A stretch of 64,000 nucleotides of DNA. Origin: an uncultured Gammaproteobacteria bacterium (GTDB taxonomy: Bacteria; Pseudomonadota; Gammaproteobacteria; Natronospirales; JAJUFS01). Under the pieces are notes generated by a model that saw only the letters and a program-made list of their open reading frames with translations, was not told the DNA's origin and searched no databases. The stretch lies in assembly GCA_964599565.1 (NCBI GenBank), contig CAZRFE010000006.1, positions 1,117 to 65,116 on the forward strand, written 5' to 3'. The position numbers and the translations under genes were made by a program. How positions within the stretch are numbered: position 1 is the first letter of the stretch; each line of letters starts with the position of its first letter. Shown piece by piece: positions 18,578 to 28,350 of the stretch.

Positions 18578-18659
18578 GCCGGCATCCGTGGAAAAGTTGC
18601 GGCCAATCCTAACGGCGGCTCGTCATGGCACGCAACCGTTTCCGGATCGCGCAACCGTG

Positions 18660-19124
18660 TCATGGACTCAGTTCGGACGTGCAGGCGGGACACCGCGTCG
18701 CCTTGACGGGAATGCTGCTGAAACAGTATTCGCATTCCTTCGTTGCCGGCGCGGCGGGTGGCGCTTCTTCCTTGCGGCGGCGCAGGCGATTCATTGCGCG
18801 CACGACCAGGAACACGGCGATGGCAACCAGCAGGAAGCTCACGAGATTGTTGAAGAACACGCCGTAGTTGATCGTGACCGCGCCCGCGGCCTGTGCATCG
18901 GCAAGTGTCGCGTACGGACCGCTCGTCACGCCTTCCCTGAGCACGATGAACAGATCGCCGAACTCGACGCCGCTCGTTACCAGGCCGAGCGGCGGCATCA
19001 TCACATCATCGACAAGGCTCTTGACGATGGTGCCGAACGATGCGCCGATGATGATGCCGACGGCCATGTCGACGACGTTGCCGCGCAGGGCGAAATCGCG
19101 GAATTCCTCGAGGATCGCGCGCAT
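18660..19124 (-). CDS. mscL: Large-conductance mechanosensitive channel with a C-terminal CxxC...CxxC tail
   Basis: 154 aa. Canonical MscL N-terminus MRAILEEFRDFALRGNVVDMAVGIIIGASFGTIVKSLVDDVMMPPLG. SD GGAGAT upstream. The extra tail is KECEYCFSSIPVKATRCPACTSELSP. Confidence 0.9.
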   Translation of the reverse strand: MRAILEEFRDFALRGNVVDMAVGIIIGASFGTIVKSLVDDVMMPPLGLVTSGVEFGDLFIVLREGVTSGPYATLADAQAAGAVTINYGVFFNNLVSFLLVAIAVFLVVRAMNRLRRRKEEAPPAAPATKECEYCFSSIPVKATRCPACTSELSP

Positions 19125-19241
19125 ATTGTCATCTCCTTACATTCGATGCGGACATGGAAAGCATAGACGGCGGATGCGGTTGGACGCACCGCGGCGCGGC
19201 TGTTACCCTGCGCGCCCTGAACCTGAAGAACAGGACCGAAC

Positions 19242-19727
19242 ATGCAGATTTCCCCGAACAAGGTGGTCTCGATCCACTACACGCTGAAGAACGACGCCGG
19301 CGACGTGCTTGATTCCTCCGCCGGGCGCGAACCGCTGGCATACCTGCACGGCGCGGGCAACATCGTGGCCGGGCTTGAGAATGCACTCGAAGGCAAGGCA
19401 AGCGGCGACAAGCTGAACGTGCGTGTCGCGCCGGAAGAGGGATACGGACCGCGGCACGATGCGCTCGTGCAGGACGTGCCGCGCGATGCATTCCAGGGCG
19501 TCGACGACATCCAGCCGGGCATGCAGTTCCACGCGCAGGGTCCGTCCGGTCCCATGGTCGTCACCGTGGTGAAGACGGGCGACGACAGCGTGACCGTCGA
19601 CGGCAACCATCCGCTCGCCGGAGAAACGCTGCATTTCGACGTGGAAGTGGCGGATGTGCGCGATGCGACCGAGGAAGAACAGGAGCACGGGCACGTGCAT
19701 GGCGCGCACGGTCATCATCACGACTGA
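19242..19727 (+). CDS. slyD: FKBP-type peptidyl-prolyl cis-trans isomerase SlyD
   Basis: 161 aa. SlyD blocks VVSIHYTLKNDAGDVLDSS and GNHPLAGETLHFDVEVADVRDAT, with a short His-rich tail HGHVHGAHGHHHD. Confidence 0.9.
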   Translation: MQISPNKVVSIHYTLKNDAGDVLDSSAGREPLAYLHGAGNIVAGLENALEGKASGDKLNVRVAPEEGYGPRHDALVQDVPRDAFQGVDDIQPGMQFHAQGPSGPMVVTVVKTGDDSVTVDGNHPLAGETLHFDVEVADVRDATEEEQEHGHVHGAHGHHHD

Positions 19728-19738
19728 CGTGCACGAGT

Positions 19739-19777
19739 GCGGCTTCAGCCGTCATCATTGAGCGTTACTGAAGCCGC
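19739..19777. terminator. Long-loop hairpin between convergent slyD and the SDR gene (possible terminator)
   Basis: 10-bp stem GCGGCTTCAG / CTGAAGCCGC (19739-19748 / 19768-19777) with a 19-nt loop. No clear U-run. Confidence 0.35.
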
Positions 19778-19783
19778 TCCGCA

Positions 19784-20563
19784 TCAACTACGCAGGTACG
19801 ACGCGCCGTTCACGTCAACGATGCCGCCGGTCACGAATTCCGCTTCGGGCGTGGCAAGCCACGCAATGACGGATGCAACTTCTTCCGGACGCGCGACGCG
19901 GTTGAGCGGGCTCTGCGCGGCGATCGCTTCGCCTTCCTCGCCTTCAAGCAGGTCCTTCACCATGTCCGTCGCGACGAAACCGGGCGCAACCGCGCATACC
20001 TGGATGTTGTGACGGGCGAGCGCCACGGCGAGCGACTGGCTGAGACTGTTCAGGCCCGACTTGCTCGCGCCGTACGCAGGCGAATCGGGTTCACCGCGGA
20101 ATGCGCCGCGCGATGAGACATTGATGATCCGCCCGCCGCCGCTCTCGATCATCAGCGGCACGACCTGGTGAATGAGATTCGCAGGACCAAGCAGGTTCAC
20201 GCCGAGCGTCTGCTGCCACGCCGACTGCCAGCCGTCGTAATCCGTCGTATCCACGGGATGATCGAAGAACACGCCGGCGTTGTTCACGAGCACGTCGATG
20301 CCGCCGAGTTCCTGTGCGGCGCGCTTGACGAGTTCGCGCACCGCGTGCGGATCGGCAAGGTCCGCTTCCGCCACCGTGTGTCCGTTGCCGGCCAGTCCTT
20401 TCACGACGTTGCGCGCCGCTTCCTCGTCGTGGCCGAAGTGCACGCAGACGTTCGCGCCTTCCCGCGCAAAGCGTTCCGCCACCGCACGCCCGATGCCGCG
20501 GGACGCGCCCGTCACGAGCACGCGCCTGCCATCAAACCGCCGTTGTTCATTCGTCTCATTCAT
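19784..20563 (-). CDS. SDR family oxidoreductase (FabG-like)
   Basis: 259 aa. Cofactor motif VLVTGASRGIGRA, catalytic YGASKSG (YxxxK) and NNAG block. Confidence 0.85.
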   Translation of the reverse strand: MNETNEQRRFDGRRVLVTGASRGIGRAVAERFAREGANVCVHFGHDEEAARNVVKGLAGNGHTVAEADLADPHAVRELVKRAAQELGGIDVLVNNAGVFFDHPVDTTDYDGWQSAWQQTLGVNLLGPANLIHQVVPLMIESGGGRIINVSSRGAFRGEPDSPAYGASKSGLNSLSQSLAVALARHNIQVCAVAPGFVATDMVKDLLEGEEGEAIAAQSPLNRVARPEEVASVIAWLATPEAEFVTGGIVDVNGASYLRS

Positions 20564-20579
20564 ATGCGCATCCTGGCCG

Positions 20580-20607
20580 GTGACGCGAGATGTCTATCCG
20601 CTACAAT
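20580..20607 (+). promoter_or_regulatory. Putative sigma70 promoter for hemH
   Basis: -35-like GTGACG (20580-20585), 16-nt spacer, -10 TACAAT (20602-20607), 27 nt before ATG 20635. Its position argues against the track start at 20590. Confidence 0.4.
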
Positions 20608-20634
20608 TGCGGCACATTCCCCGGGACGACGAGC

Positions 20635-21759
20635 ATGGCACTGCCTTCCGCTCCACGCTACATCGGCGAAGAAGATCACGTTCACGGAACGCCCGAACGC
20701 ATCGGCGTGCTCGTCGTGAACCTCGGCACGCCCGACGCGCCGACACCGTCCGCGGTGCGCCGCTACCTGAAGCAGTTCCTCTCCGATCCGCGCGTGATCG
20801 AGACATCGCGGATCGTGTGGTGGTTCGTGCTCCGCGTCATCCTGCTCATCCGTCCGCGCCGTTCCGCGCACGCCTATCGCAAGGTGTGGCGCGAGGACGG
20901 CTCGCCGTTGCTGCATTTCTCGCGCAGACAGGCCGATGCCTTGCGTTCCGCGCTCGGCGCACGCTGTCCCGGGCCCGTTTCCGTTGCGCTCGGCATGCGC
21001 TACGGCAACCCCTCGATTCCCGCGGCGCTTGATGCCCTGCGCCAGGAGAACGTGCGCCGCCTGCTCGTGCTGCCGCTGTACCCGCAGTACTCCGCGACGA
21101 CCACGGCCTCGACGTTCGATGCCGTCGCGGACGTGCTGAAACGCACGCGCCGGCTGCCGGAGGTTCGCATGGTGAATCACTATCACGATGCGGAAGGCTA
21201 CATTCGCGCACTCGCGAACAGTATCCGTGAACACTGGGAGGCGAACGGCCGCGGCGAGATGCTGCTGTTTTCCTTCCATGGCCTGCCGCAGCGCTACCTG
21301 CAGGCCGGCGACCCGTATCACTGCGAATGCCATGCAACGGCGCGGCTCGTCGCCGAGAGGCTCGATCTCGGCAGCCATGAATATCGCGTGACGTTCCAGT
21401 CGCGCGTCGGGCGCGAGGAATGGCTGAAGCCTTACACCGACATGACGGTGCGCGAGCTCGGGCGCAACGGCGTGCGCACGCTGGATGTCGTATGCCCGGG
21501 CTTCAGCGCCGACTGCCTCGAAACGCTGGAGGAAATCGCCATGCAGAACGCTGCGTTCTTCCGTGAAAGCGGCGGCAGCGCGTTGCGCTACATTCCCGCG
21601 CTCAACGATCGCGACGACCACATCCGCTTTCTCGCCGATCTCGCCATGACGCACATGCACGGCTGGCCGGAGGCATCGCCCGGCTGGTCGAAGCACAAGG
21701 CACGCGCGGACGCGGAACGCGCGGCGCTGCTCGCCGTGAAGCAGGGCGCGAAGCGCTGA
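20635..21759 (+). CDS. hemH: Ferrochelatase
   Basis: 374 aa from ATG 20635. Conserved block IGVLVVNLGTPDAPTPSAVRRYLKQFLSDPRVIE. The alternative ATG at 20590 lies inside the putative promoter. Confidence 0.9.
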   Translation: MALPSAPRYIGEEDHVHGTPERIGVLVVNLGTPDAPTPSAVRRYLKQFLSDPRVIETSRIVWWFVLRVILLIRPRRSAHAYRKVWREDGSPLLHFSRRQADALRSALGARCPGPVSVALGMRYGNPSIPAALDALRQENVRRLLVLPLYPQYSATTTASTFDAVADVLKRTRRLPEVRMVNHYHDAEGYIRALANSIREHWEANGRGEMLLFSFHGLPQRYLQAGDPYHCECHATARLVAERLDLGSHEYRVTFQSRVGREEWLKPYTDMTVRELGRNGVRTLDVVCPGFSADCLETLEEIAMQNAAFFRESGGSALRYIPALNDRDDHIRFLADLAMTHMHGWPEASPGWSKHKARADAERAALLAVKQGAKR

Positions 21760-21765
21760 TTCCCG

Positions 21766-22482
21766 ATGCTCGGCGACTTCCTTGAAATCAGCGTGCACAG
21801 CGAGAACGTGCTCGAATCGCTGCAGTTCTACGAGCGGCTCGGCTTCACGCAGCTGCGCGCCGGCGACGCCTGGAAGCACGCCTATGGCGTCGTGACGGAC
21901 GGGCGCTGCTTCATCGGCATCCATGCCTATCCGTTTCCCTCGCCGTCGCTGACGTTCGTCGCGCCCGAGCTGCGCCGGCGCGTCGAAGCGCTGGAGAACG
22001 CGGGCGCGGTGTTCGAATTCCTCAAGCTTGCGGATGACGAATTCCATGAACTTGGCTTCTTCGCACCCGACGAGCAGATGGTCACGCTGCTTGAGGCGCG
22101 CACCTTTTCCCCGCCCGACCTGGATGCACTGAAACCGGCGCTGCCCGGCTATTTCGCAGAGTACCGCCTGCCCGTCGATGACCGCGACGCCGCGCTCGCG
22201 CAATGGCTGCGCTTCGGCATGATCGAGGGCGAGCCGGTGGATGACCTGCACGATACGGTTTCCGCCTGCTGCACGGGGCTGAACATCGGCCTTGCGGAAT
22301 CGCGCCGCGTGAAACAGCCGCTGCTGGTCTTCCATGCCGGCGATCTGCGTGAGCGGCTGGATCTTTTCGCGGCGCGCGGCGTCGAGCCCGCGCAAGTGCT
22401 GGAAGACCGCGACACCGGCCAGTTGCGGGCCTTCCGCGTTGTCTCGCCCGAAGGGACATCCCTCCTCATCGTTGACGCCTGA
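21766..22482 (+). CDS. Two-domain VOC (glyoxalase/bleomycin-resistance-like) superfamily protein
   Basis: 238 aa, 6 nt after hemH. The N-terminal betaalphabetabetabeta-like segment FLEISVHSENVLESLQFYERLGF is repeated in the C-terminal half. The assignment is weak. Confidence 0.5.
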   Translation: MLGDFLEISVHSENVLESLQFYERLGFTQLRAGDAWKHAYGVVTDGRCFIGIHAYPFPSPSLTFVAPELRRRVEALENAGAVFEFLKLADDEFHELGFFAPDEQMVTLLEARTFSPPDLDALKPALPGYFAEYRLPVDDRDAALAQWLRFGMIEGEPVDDLHDTVSACCTGLNIGLAESRRVKQPLLVFHAGDLRERLDLFAARGVEPAQVLEDRDTGQLRAFRVVSPEGTSLLIVDA

Positions 22483-22603
22483 GGTGCTCAGCCTCCGGGT
22501 TTTTCTTGCGCCGTCCAAGGTGCGCTCTGAATTCTTCTTAACGTTTCACAAATTATCGTGTGCATCCCATAACCCACCGTCGCGCGGACGATGGCAGGAA
22601 CCG

Positions 22604-24331
22604 ATGACCGCACGAGCACTCCGTCGCCACAGCCGCGCAAGGCCCGATGTGAACCAGCGCCTGCATCCAGTGTCGAGGATCAGCAATCCGCATCCGGACG
22701 CATCGCTCGACGCGGTCTCCGATTCCGTCGTCGTGCTCGGCATGGACGGCACGATCCGTTACTGCAATCTCGCCGCATGCCGGCTGCTGCAACTCGACGG
22801 GGTGTCCTGGCAGGGAATGCGGTTCGATGAATGCGCAACGCTTCGCGGCACCGATGATCCGGCAGCGCGGCGCATCATTGTTGCGCGACGGCTGGCACGG
22901 CGGTGGCGACTGCCGCGATCGGCCGTCCTGGTCCTGCCGAACGGCAGCGTGCTCGCCATCGAGGGCGAATGCATCCCGCTCTGCGAACCCGAGCGGCCCC
23001 AAGGCGCGCTGCTTGTCCTGCGAGATGTTTCCATGCAGCGGCGCGCGCGCCGCTGGCTGGCGTTCCAGGCCACGCACGACAACCTGACCACGCTGCTCAA
23101 CCGCGCCGAGATGGAGCGACGCATCGCCGCGGCGATCAACGCGCGGCGCGACGGCACCAAGGCCGCACTCCTTTATATCGATCTCGACCAGTTCCGGATC
23201 ATCAACGACACCTGCGGGCATCACGCCGGCGACGAATTCCTGCGCCGTGCCGGCAGGACACTGTGCGCGGAGCTCGGGCAGGGCGAAACGCTCGCGCGCC
23301 TTGGGGGCGATGAATTCGCCGTGCTGCTCGCAGGTCCCGCGGCGGATCGGCCGGACGTGCTCGCGGAGCGTCTGATGCGCGCGATCCACGACATCCGTTT
23401 CACGTGGGAGCAGCGCGTGCATCGCGTGAGCGCGAGCATCGGAATCGTGGAGATCGGCGCACAGCACGAAGACTGGAAGCAGGTGCTGTCGCTCGCCGAC
23501 AGCGCCTGCTACATGGCAAAGGAACATGGCCGCTCGCGCGCGTGGGTCGCACGCGACGATGACGAACTGCTGCGCCGCCGGCAGGCGGAGATGAACTGGG
23601 TCGCGCGCATTACAGGCGCGCTGGAGGACGACCGGTTCACGCTCTACCGGCAATCCATCGCACCGCTCGACGCCGCCGGAACGCAGCCGCACTGGGAAGT
23701 GCTGGCGCGCCTGCGCGAGCACGGCGAGCTGGCGCAGCCGGACCAGTTCATTCCGGCCGCCGAACGCTACGGGCTGATGCCGGCCGTGGATCGCTGGGTG
23801 ATCGGTTCCGTCGCGCGTTTCCTCGGCAAGCCGCCGGCGGGCTACACGGACGACGACGGCGTTGTCGCCATCAATGTTTCCGGCACCAGCGTGAGCGATC
23901 CCGAGCTCGTGCGCTTCATCGCCTCGCGCTTCCGGCGCTACCGCATCGATCCGCGCCGCATCTGCTTCGAGATCACGGAAACGGCGGCGGCGACGGATTT
24001 CGACGCCGCGCTGCGCTTCATCGCGGGCGTGCGCGCGCTCGGTTGCCGGCTTTCGCTCGATGATTTCGGCAGCGGCATCAGCTCCTTTTCCTATCTCAAG
24101 GCCTTCAAGATCGATTACCTCAAGATTGACGGCGGCTTCGTCCGCGACATGGACAGCGACTCCGTCAATGCGCGTTTCGTCGAGAGCATCAATCATCTCG
24201 GCAAGTCGCTCGGCCTGAAGACCATCGCCGAGTACGTCGAAACCGCACCCGTGGTCGAGCGCCTGCGCCGTCTCGGGGTAGACTACGCGCAGGGCAACTT
24301 CCTCGGCCGCCCGCAACAGTGGATCGCCTGA
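22604..24331 (+). CDS. PAS-GGDEF-EAL signalling protein
   Basis: 575 aa from ATG 22604. PAS-like VVVLGMDGTIRYCNLAACRLL. GGDEF site RLGGDEFAVLL. EAL-domain motifs EVLARLRE, DRWV, AINVS, EITE, DDFGSG and KIDG. Confidence 0.85.
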   Translation: MTARALRRHSRARPDVNQRLHPVSRISNPHPDASLDAVSDSVVVLGMDGTIRYCNLAACRLLQLDGVSWQGMRFDECATLRGTDDPAARRIIVARRLARRWRLPRSAVLVLPNGSVLAIEGECIPLCEPERPQGALLVLRDVSMQRRARRWLAFQATHDNLTTLLNRAEMERRIAAAINARRDGTKAALLYIDLDQFRIINDTCGHHAGDEFLRRAGRTLCAELGQGETLARLGGDEFAVLLAGPAADRPDVLAERLMRAIHDIRFTWEQRVHRVSASIGIVEIGAQHEDWKQVLSLADSACYMAKEHGRSRAWVARDDDELLRRRQAEMNWVARITGALEDDRFTLYRQSIAPLDAAGTQPHWEVLARLREHGELAQPDQFIPAAERYGLMPAVDRWVIGSVARFLGKPPAGYTDDDGVVAINVSGTSVSDPELVRFIASRFRRYRIDPRRICFEITETAAATDFDAALRFIAGVRALGCRLSLDDFGSGISSFSYLKAFKIDYLKIDGGFVRDMDSDSVNARFVESINHLGKSLGLKTIAEYVETAPVVERLRRLGVDYAQGNFLGRPQQWIA

Positions 24332-24350
24332 CTTCGCGCTTGCCATAAGG

Positions 24351-24379
24351 CTTGAAATCCCGCCGGCCCGCCCCTACCT
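24351..24379 (+). promoter_or_regulatory. Sigma32 (heat-shock) type promoter for hslVU
   Basis: CTTGAAA (24351-24357), 13-nt spacer, CCCCTACCT (24371-24379), against the consensus CTTGAAA-N13-15-CCCCATNT. It lies 46 nt upstream of the hslV ATG. Confidence 0.6.
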
Positions 24380-24424
24380 GATCTGATCCGCACAACAACG
24401 ATTCACCAGACACAGGGACTCGCC

Positions 24425-24958
24425 ATGGAGCAGTATCGCGGAACGACCATCGTTTCCGTCCGACGGGGTTCTGACGTGGCCGTGGCCGGCGACGGCCAGG
24501 TCTCGATGGGCAACACCGTCATGAAAGGCAACGCGCGCAAGGTGCGCCGTCTCTACGACGGCAAGGTGCTGGCCGGTTTCGCCGGCGGCACGGCCGATGC
24601 CTTCACACTGTTCGAGCGTTTCGAGGACAAGCTCTCGAAACATTCCGGCAATCTCACGCGCGCCGCCGTCGAGCTCGCGAAGGACTGGCGCACCGACCGC
24701 ATGCTGCGCCGCTTGGAAGCGCTGCTCTGCGTGGCGGACAGCGAGGCCTCGCTGATCATTTCCGGCAACGGCGATGTCATCGAACCGGAGAACGGGTTGA
24801 TGGCGATCGGTTCGGGCGGGCCGTTCGCGCAGGCCGCCGCGCGCGCACTCCTTGAGAACACGGAACTCGGCGCGCGCGAAATCTGCGAGCGCGCGCTGAA
24901 CATCGCCGCCGACATCTGCATCTACACGAACCACAATCTCACGATCGAAGAGCTGTGA
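24425..24958 (+). CDS. hslV: ATP-dependent protease subunit HslV
   Basis: 177 aa. [14 protein letters not shown]... with the catalytic Thr after Met-processing context, and [14 protein letters not shown]. Confidence 0.95.
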   Translation: MEQYRGTTIVSVRRGSDVAVAGDGQVSMGNTVMKGNARKVRRLYDGKVLAGFAGGTADAFTLFERFEDKLSKHSGNLTRAAVELAKDWRTDRMLRRLEALLCVADSEASLIISGNGDVIEPENGLMAIGSGGPFAQAAARALLENTELGAREICERALNIAADICIYTNHNLTIEEL

Positions 24959-25019
24959 CGGGGCGTTCGCACCGCGTCACGCCGATCACGAATCGGGATT
25001 CCCAATCCAGGGCAACGAC

Positions 25020-26360
25020 ATGAGCGACATGACTCCTCGCGAGATAGTGCAGGAACTCGACAAACACATCATCGGCCAGGCCGCCGCCAAGCGCGCCGTC
25101 GCCGTCGCACTCCGGAACCGCTGGCGCCGCATGCAGGTGGACGAGCCGCTGCGCGCCGAAATCACGCCGAAGAACATTCTCATGATCGGCCCGACGGGTG
25201 TCGGCAAGACGGAAATCGCGCGGCGGCTCGCACGGCTTGCGCGCGCGCCGTTCATCAAGGTCGAAGCGACCAAGTTCACCGAGGTCGGCTATGTCGGCCG
25301 CGAAGTGGACTCCATCATCAAGGATCTCGCCGACTTCGCGGTGAAGATGGTGCGCGAGGAGGAAACGAAGAAGGTGCGTTACCGCGCGGAGGAACGCGCG
25401 GAAGAGCGCGTGCTCGACATTCTCCTGCCGCGTCCGCGCGGCGTCGGTTTCGCGAACGAACCGCGCGAATCCGAGGACGACCATTCGACGACGCGGCAGA
25501 AGTTCCGCCAGAAGCTCCGCGACGGCGAACTCGACGACAAGGAAATCGAGGTCGACCTGCCGATGTTGCAGATGGGCGTGGAGATCATGGCGCCGCCCGG
25601 CATGGAGGAAATGTCCTCGCAGCTGCAGAACCTGTTCCAGAACATCGGCGGCGGCAAGCGGCAGCGGCGCATGATGAAGGTGAAGGACGCAAGGCGGCTG
25701 CTCGCGGATGAAGAAGCGCAGAAGCTCGTCAACGAGGACGAGATACGCCAGAAGGCTCTGCACGCCGTCGAGCAGAACGGCATCGTGTTCATCGACGAGA
25801 TCGACAAGGTCGCAAAGCGCGGCGAATACGCAGGCGCGGACGTGTCGCGCGAAGGCGTGCAGCGCGACCTTCTGCCGCTCGTCGAAGGCTCGACCGTCTC
25901 GACGCGTTACGGCATGGTGCGCACGGATCACATTCTTTTCATCGCGTCCGGTGCGTTCCATGTCGCGAAACCCTCCGACCTCATTCCCGAGCTGCAGGGC
26001 CGCCTGCCGATCCGCGTGGAACTCGATTCGCTGAGCGCAGATGACTTCGTGCGCATTCTCACCGAGCCCGACGCGTCATTGACGAACCAGTACACCGCGC
26101 TGATGAAGACCGAAGGCGTCGATGTGACGTTCACCGACGATGGTGTGCATCGCATCGCGGAGGTTGCGTTCCAGGTGAACGAGCGCACCGAGAACATCGG
26201 TGCGCGTCGCTTGCACACGGTGATGGAACGCCTGATGGAAACCGTCTCGTACGAGGCGTCGGACAAGTCCGGGCAGTCGGTGACGGTTGACCGGAAGTAT
26301 GTGGATGAGCAGGTGGGCAAACTGGTCGCGGATGAAGATCTCTCCCGCTACATCCTTTGA
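25020..26360 (+). CDS. hslU: ATP-dependent protease ATPase subunit HslU
   Basis: 446 aa. [17 protein letters not shown], Walker [25 protein letters not shown], and C-terminal DLSRYIL. Confidence 0.95.
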   Translation: MSDMTPREIVQELDKHIIGQAAAKRAVAVALRNRWRRMQVDEPLRAEITPKNILMIGPTGVGKTEIARRLARLARAPFIKVEATKFTEVGYVGREVDSIIKDLADFAVKMVREEETKKVRYRAEERAEERVLDILLPRPRGVGFANEPRESEDDHSTTRQKFRQKLRDGELDDKEIEVDLPMLQMGVEIMAPPGMEEMSSQLQNLFQNIGGGKRQRRMMKVKDARRLLADEEAQKLVNEDEIRQKALHAVEQNGIVFIDEIDKVAKRGEYAGADVSREGVQRDLLPLVEGSTVSTRYGMVRTDHILFIASGAFHVAKPSDLIPELQGRLPIRVELDSLSADDFVRILTEPDASLTNQYTALMKTEGVDVTFTDDGVHRIAEVAFQVNERTENIGARRLHTVMERLMETVSYEASDKSGQSVTVDRKYVDEQVGKLVADEDLSRYIL

Positions 26361-26496
26361 GGGCGCATCTTTTGTCGCATGACTTTGTTGCGCTGGCTTG
26401 CTCGGCGGTCATTTACGACGGGTAAACTCCCGCCTCGCAAGCCACCGCGCCTCGTCCTGCGACAAGATCTGCGGCCCTCAACCGACACGAACGCGC

Positions 26497-26871
26497 ATGA
26501 AAACAACAGCAACGCCAATGCAGATTCGTCTTCGCCGCCAGTCACGCCTGCTCGCGGTCACGTTCGATGACGGCGCGCACTACGAACTGCCGTTCGAGTA
26601 CCTGCGCGTGTTCTCGCCGTCGGCGGAAGTGCGCGGCCACGGCGGGACGGTGGATGGCGTGCCGAAGATTCTTGTCATCGGCAAGGAAAAGGTAAATGTC
26701 ACGCGCATCGAGCCGGTCGGAAACTACGCGGTGCGCCTGGTGTTCGACGACGGCCACGACTCCGGCATCTGGTCATGGCCGGTGCTGCGCGAGCTCGGGG
26801 AAAACGTCGAGGTTTACTGGCAGCGCTACCTTGAACGCCTGAAGAAGGCGGGCGTTGCGCGCGACGCCTGA
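26497..26871 (+). CDS. DUF971 family protein
   Basis: 124 aa from ATG 26497 (MKTTATPMQIRLRRQSRLLAVTFDDGAHYELPFEYLRVFSPSAEVRGH...YAVRLVFDDGHDSGIWSW). This is the typical DUF971 pattern, and the family is commonly found upstream of ubiE. Confidence 0.65.
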   Translation: MKTTATPMQIRLRRQSRLLAVTFDDGAHYELPFEYLRVFSPSAEVRGHGGTVDGVPKILVIGKEKVNVTRIEPVGNYAVRLVFDDGHDSGIWSWPVLRELGENVEVYWQRYLERLKKAGVARDA

Positions 26872-26948
26872 GCATTGCGCCCGATACCGCGCGCGATCCC
26901 CTGCCCATTATTGCTAGAATCGGCTCCCCCAACTGCCGAGGTTGACGC

Positions 26949-27713
26949 ATGCGTTCCGAGGATCGCAACGACCGCAGCACTGCCGATTTCGGTTTCCAGG
27001 ACGTGCCGTTCACGGAGAAGGCGAGCCGCGTGCGCGGCGTGTTCGATTCCGTCGCGGACAAGTACGACTTGATGAACGACCTGATGTCGGGCGGCATGCA
27101 CCGGCTGTGGAAACGCTACACGCTCTCGCGCACGGCGCTTCGTCCCGGCATGCGCGCGCTCGATGTCGCCGGTGGCACCGGCGATCTTGCCCGCGGCATG
27201 GCGAAGCAGGTCGGCCCCAAGGGCGAGGTCGTGCTGAGCGACATCAACGCCGCGATGCTCGCAAACGGACGCCGCCGGCTGATCGACGCCGGCGTGCTCG
27301 ACAACGTGCGCTTCGTGCAGCTGGATGCGGAATCCGTGCCGTTCCCGGACGCACATTTCGATTGCGTGACTATCGGCTTCGGCCTGCGCAATGTCACCGA
27401 CAAGGCAGCCGCGCTCGCGGAAATGCGCCGCGTGCTGAAACCTGGCGGCCGCCTGCTGGTGCTCGAATTCTCGAAGCCGACGCTGCCCGGGCTCGATACA
27501 GTGTACGACGCATATTCCTTCAAGGTCCTGCCGGTGATGGGCCGTGTCGTCGCGAACGATGCGGAAAGCTACCGCTATCTCGCTGAATCCATTCGCCGCT
27601 TTCCCGACCAGGAAACGCTGCGCGAGATGATGCTCGCAGCCGGTTTCGACCAGGTGAGCTACCACAATCTCACGGGCGGCATCGTCGCGCTGCACATCGG
27701 CCTGGTCTTCTGA
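26949..27713 (+). CDS. ubiE: Ubiquinone/menaquinone C-methyltransferase UbiE
   Basis: 254 aa. [43 protein letters not shown], and SAM motif [10 protein letters not shown]. Confidence 0.9.
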   Translation: MRSEDRNDRSTADFGFQDVPFTEKASRVRGVFDSVADKYDLMNDLMSGGMHRLWKRYTLSRTALRPGMRALDVAGGTGDLARGMAKQVGPKGEVVLSDINAAMLANGRRRLIDAGVLDNVRFVQLDAESVPFPDAHFDCVTIGFGLRNVTDKAAALAEMRRVLKPGGRLLVLEFSKPTLPGLDTVYDAYSFKVLPVMGRVVANDAESYRYLAESIRRFPDQETLREMMLAAGFDQVSYHNLTGGIVALHIGLVF

Positions 27714-27716
27714 CGC

Positions 27717-28340
27717 ATGCGTCTGCCCGGCATGTTCACCGCCCTGCTGCAGATGACCTTCGACGCCGCCGTCAAGGACAACGCGGAAGCGCTCGCCTCC
27801 TGCCGGCGGCTTTCCGGCCGCACGATCGCGATGGAATTCAGCGAATTCGGTGCGACGCTGTACCTGCGCCCGCACAACGATGGCATCGAGCTTTTCAATC
27901 ACTGGCGCGGCGAACCCGATGTGACCATCCAGGGAACGATTCCCGCGCTGCTGTTCGCGAACCTGCGCCGCGAACCGGGCGCGCCTGCGGGCGTGCGCAT
28001 CGCGGGCGATGCGGGCATCGGGCAGGAATTCCAGAAACTCGTGCGCGAGCTCGACATCGACTGGGAAGACCGGCTGGCCGGCTTCGTCGGCGGCATCGCC
28101 GCCCATCGCGTGGCGCGCACGCTGCGCGGCTTCGGGGACCTTGCGCGCCAGGGCGCGTGGCGCTTCGGCGACAACCTGCGCGAATACCTGCAGGAAGAAA
28201 CGCGCGATCTTCCGGTGCGCCGCGAAGTCGACGCGTTCAACGAGGCGGTGGACGTGCTGCGTACCGACATCGACCGGCTGGATGCGCGCGTGCAGCGGCT
28301 GTTCCGCCGCGCAAGCCAGAACGGCGTGGACATCACATGA
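27717..28340 (+). CDS. ubiJ: Ubiquinone biosynthesis accessory factor UbiJ (SCP2 domain)
   Basis: 207 aa located between ubiE and ubiB, as in other proteobacteria. SCP2-like N-terminal half and a coiled C-terminus. Confidence 0.7.
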   Translation: MRLPGMFTALLQMTFDAAVKDNAEALASCRRLSGRTIAMEFSEFGATLYLRPHNDGIELFNHWRGEPDVTIQGTIPALLFANLRREPGAPAGVRIAGDAGIGQEFQKLVRELDIDWEDRLAGFVGGIAAHRVARTLRGFGDLARQGAWRFGDNLREYLQEETRDLPVRREVDAFNEAVDVLRTDIDRLDARVQRLFRRASQNGVDIT

Positions 28341-28350
28341 GGGACGCATC

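Noticed and set aside
18631-18657. Direct repeat GCAACCGT...GCAACCGT between DUF819 and mscL
   Set aside because: Only 8 bp and a single pair, with no associated inverted repeat or ORF. This is compatible with chance in GC-rich DNA.
20560-22518. 652-aa minus-strand ORF
   Set aside because: Antisense to hemH and the VOC gene, with no recognisable domains and Arg/Ala/His-rich composition.
22483-22520. Possible terminator after the VOC gene (CTGAG-GTG-CTCAG ... GGGTTTTT)
   Set aside because: The stem is only 5 bp and is separated from the T-run by 9 nt, so it is too weak to call.
28009-28350. Long N-terminal extension of UbiB in the track ORF (28009..29991)
   Set aside because: It would overlap ubiJ by about 330 nt in another frame. 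The extension is Ala/Arg/Ser-rich noise. A GTG at 28351 with an SD gives a 546-aa protein that aligns from residue 1 with UbiB.
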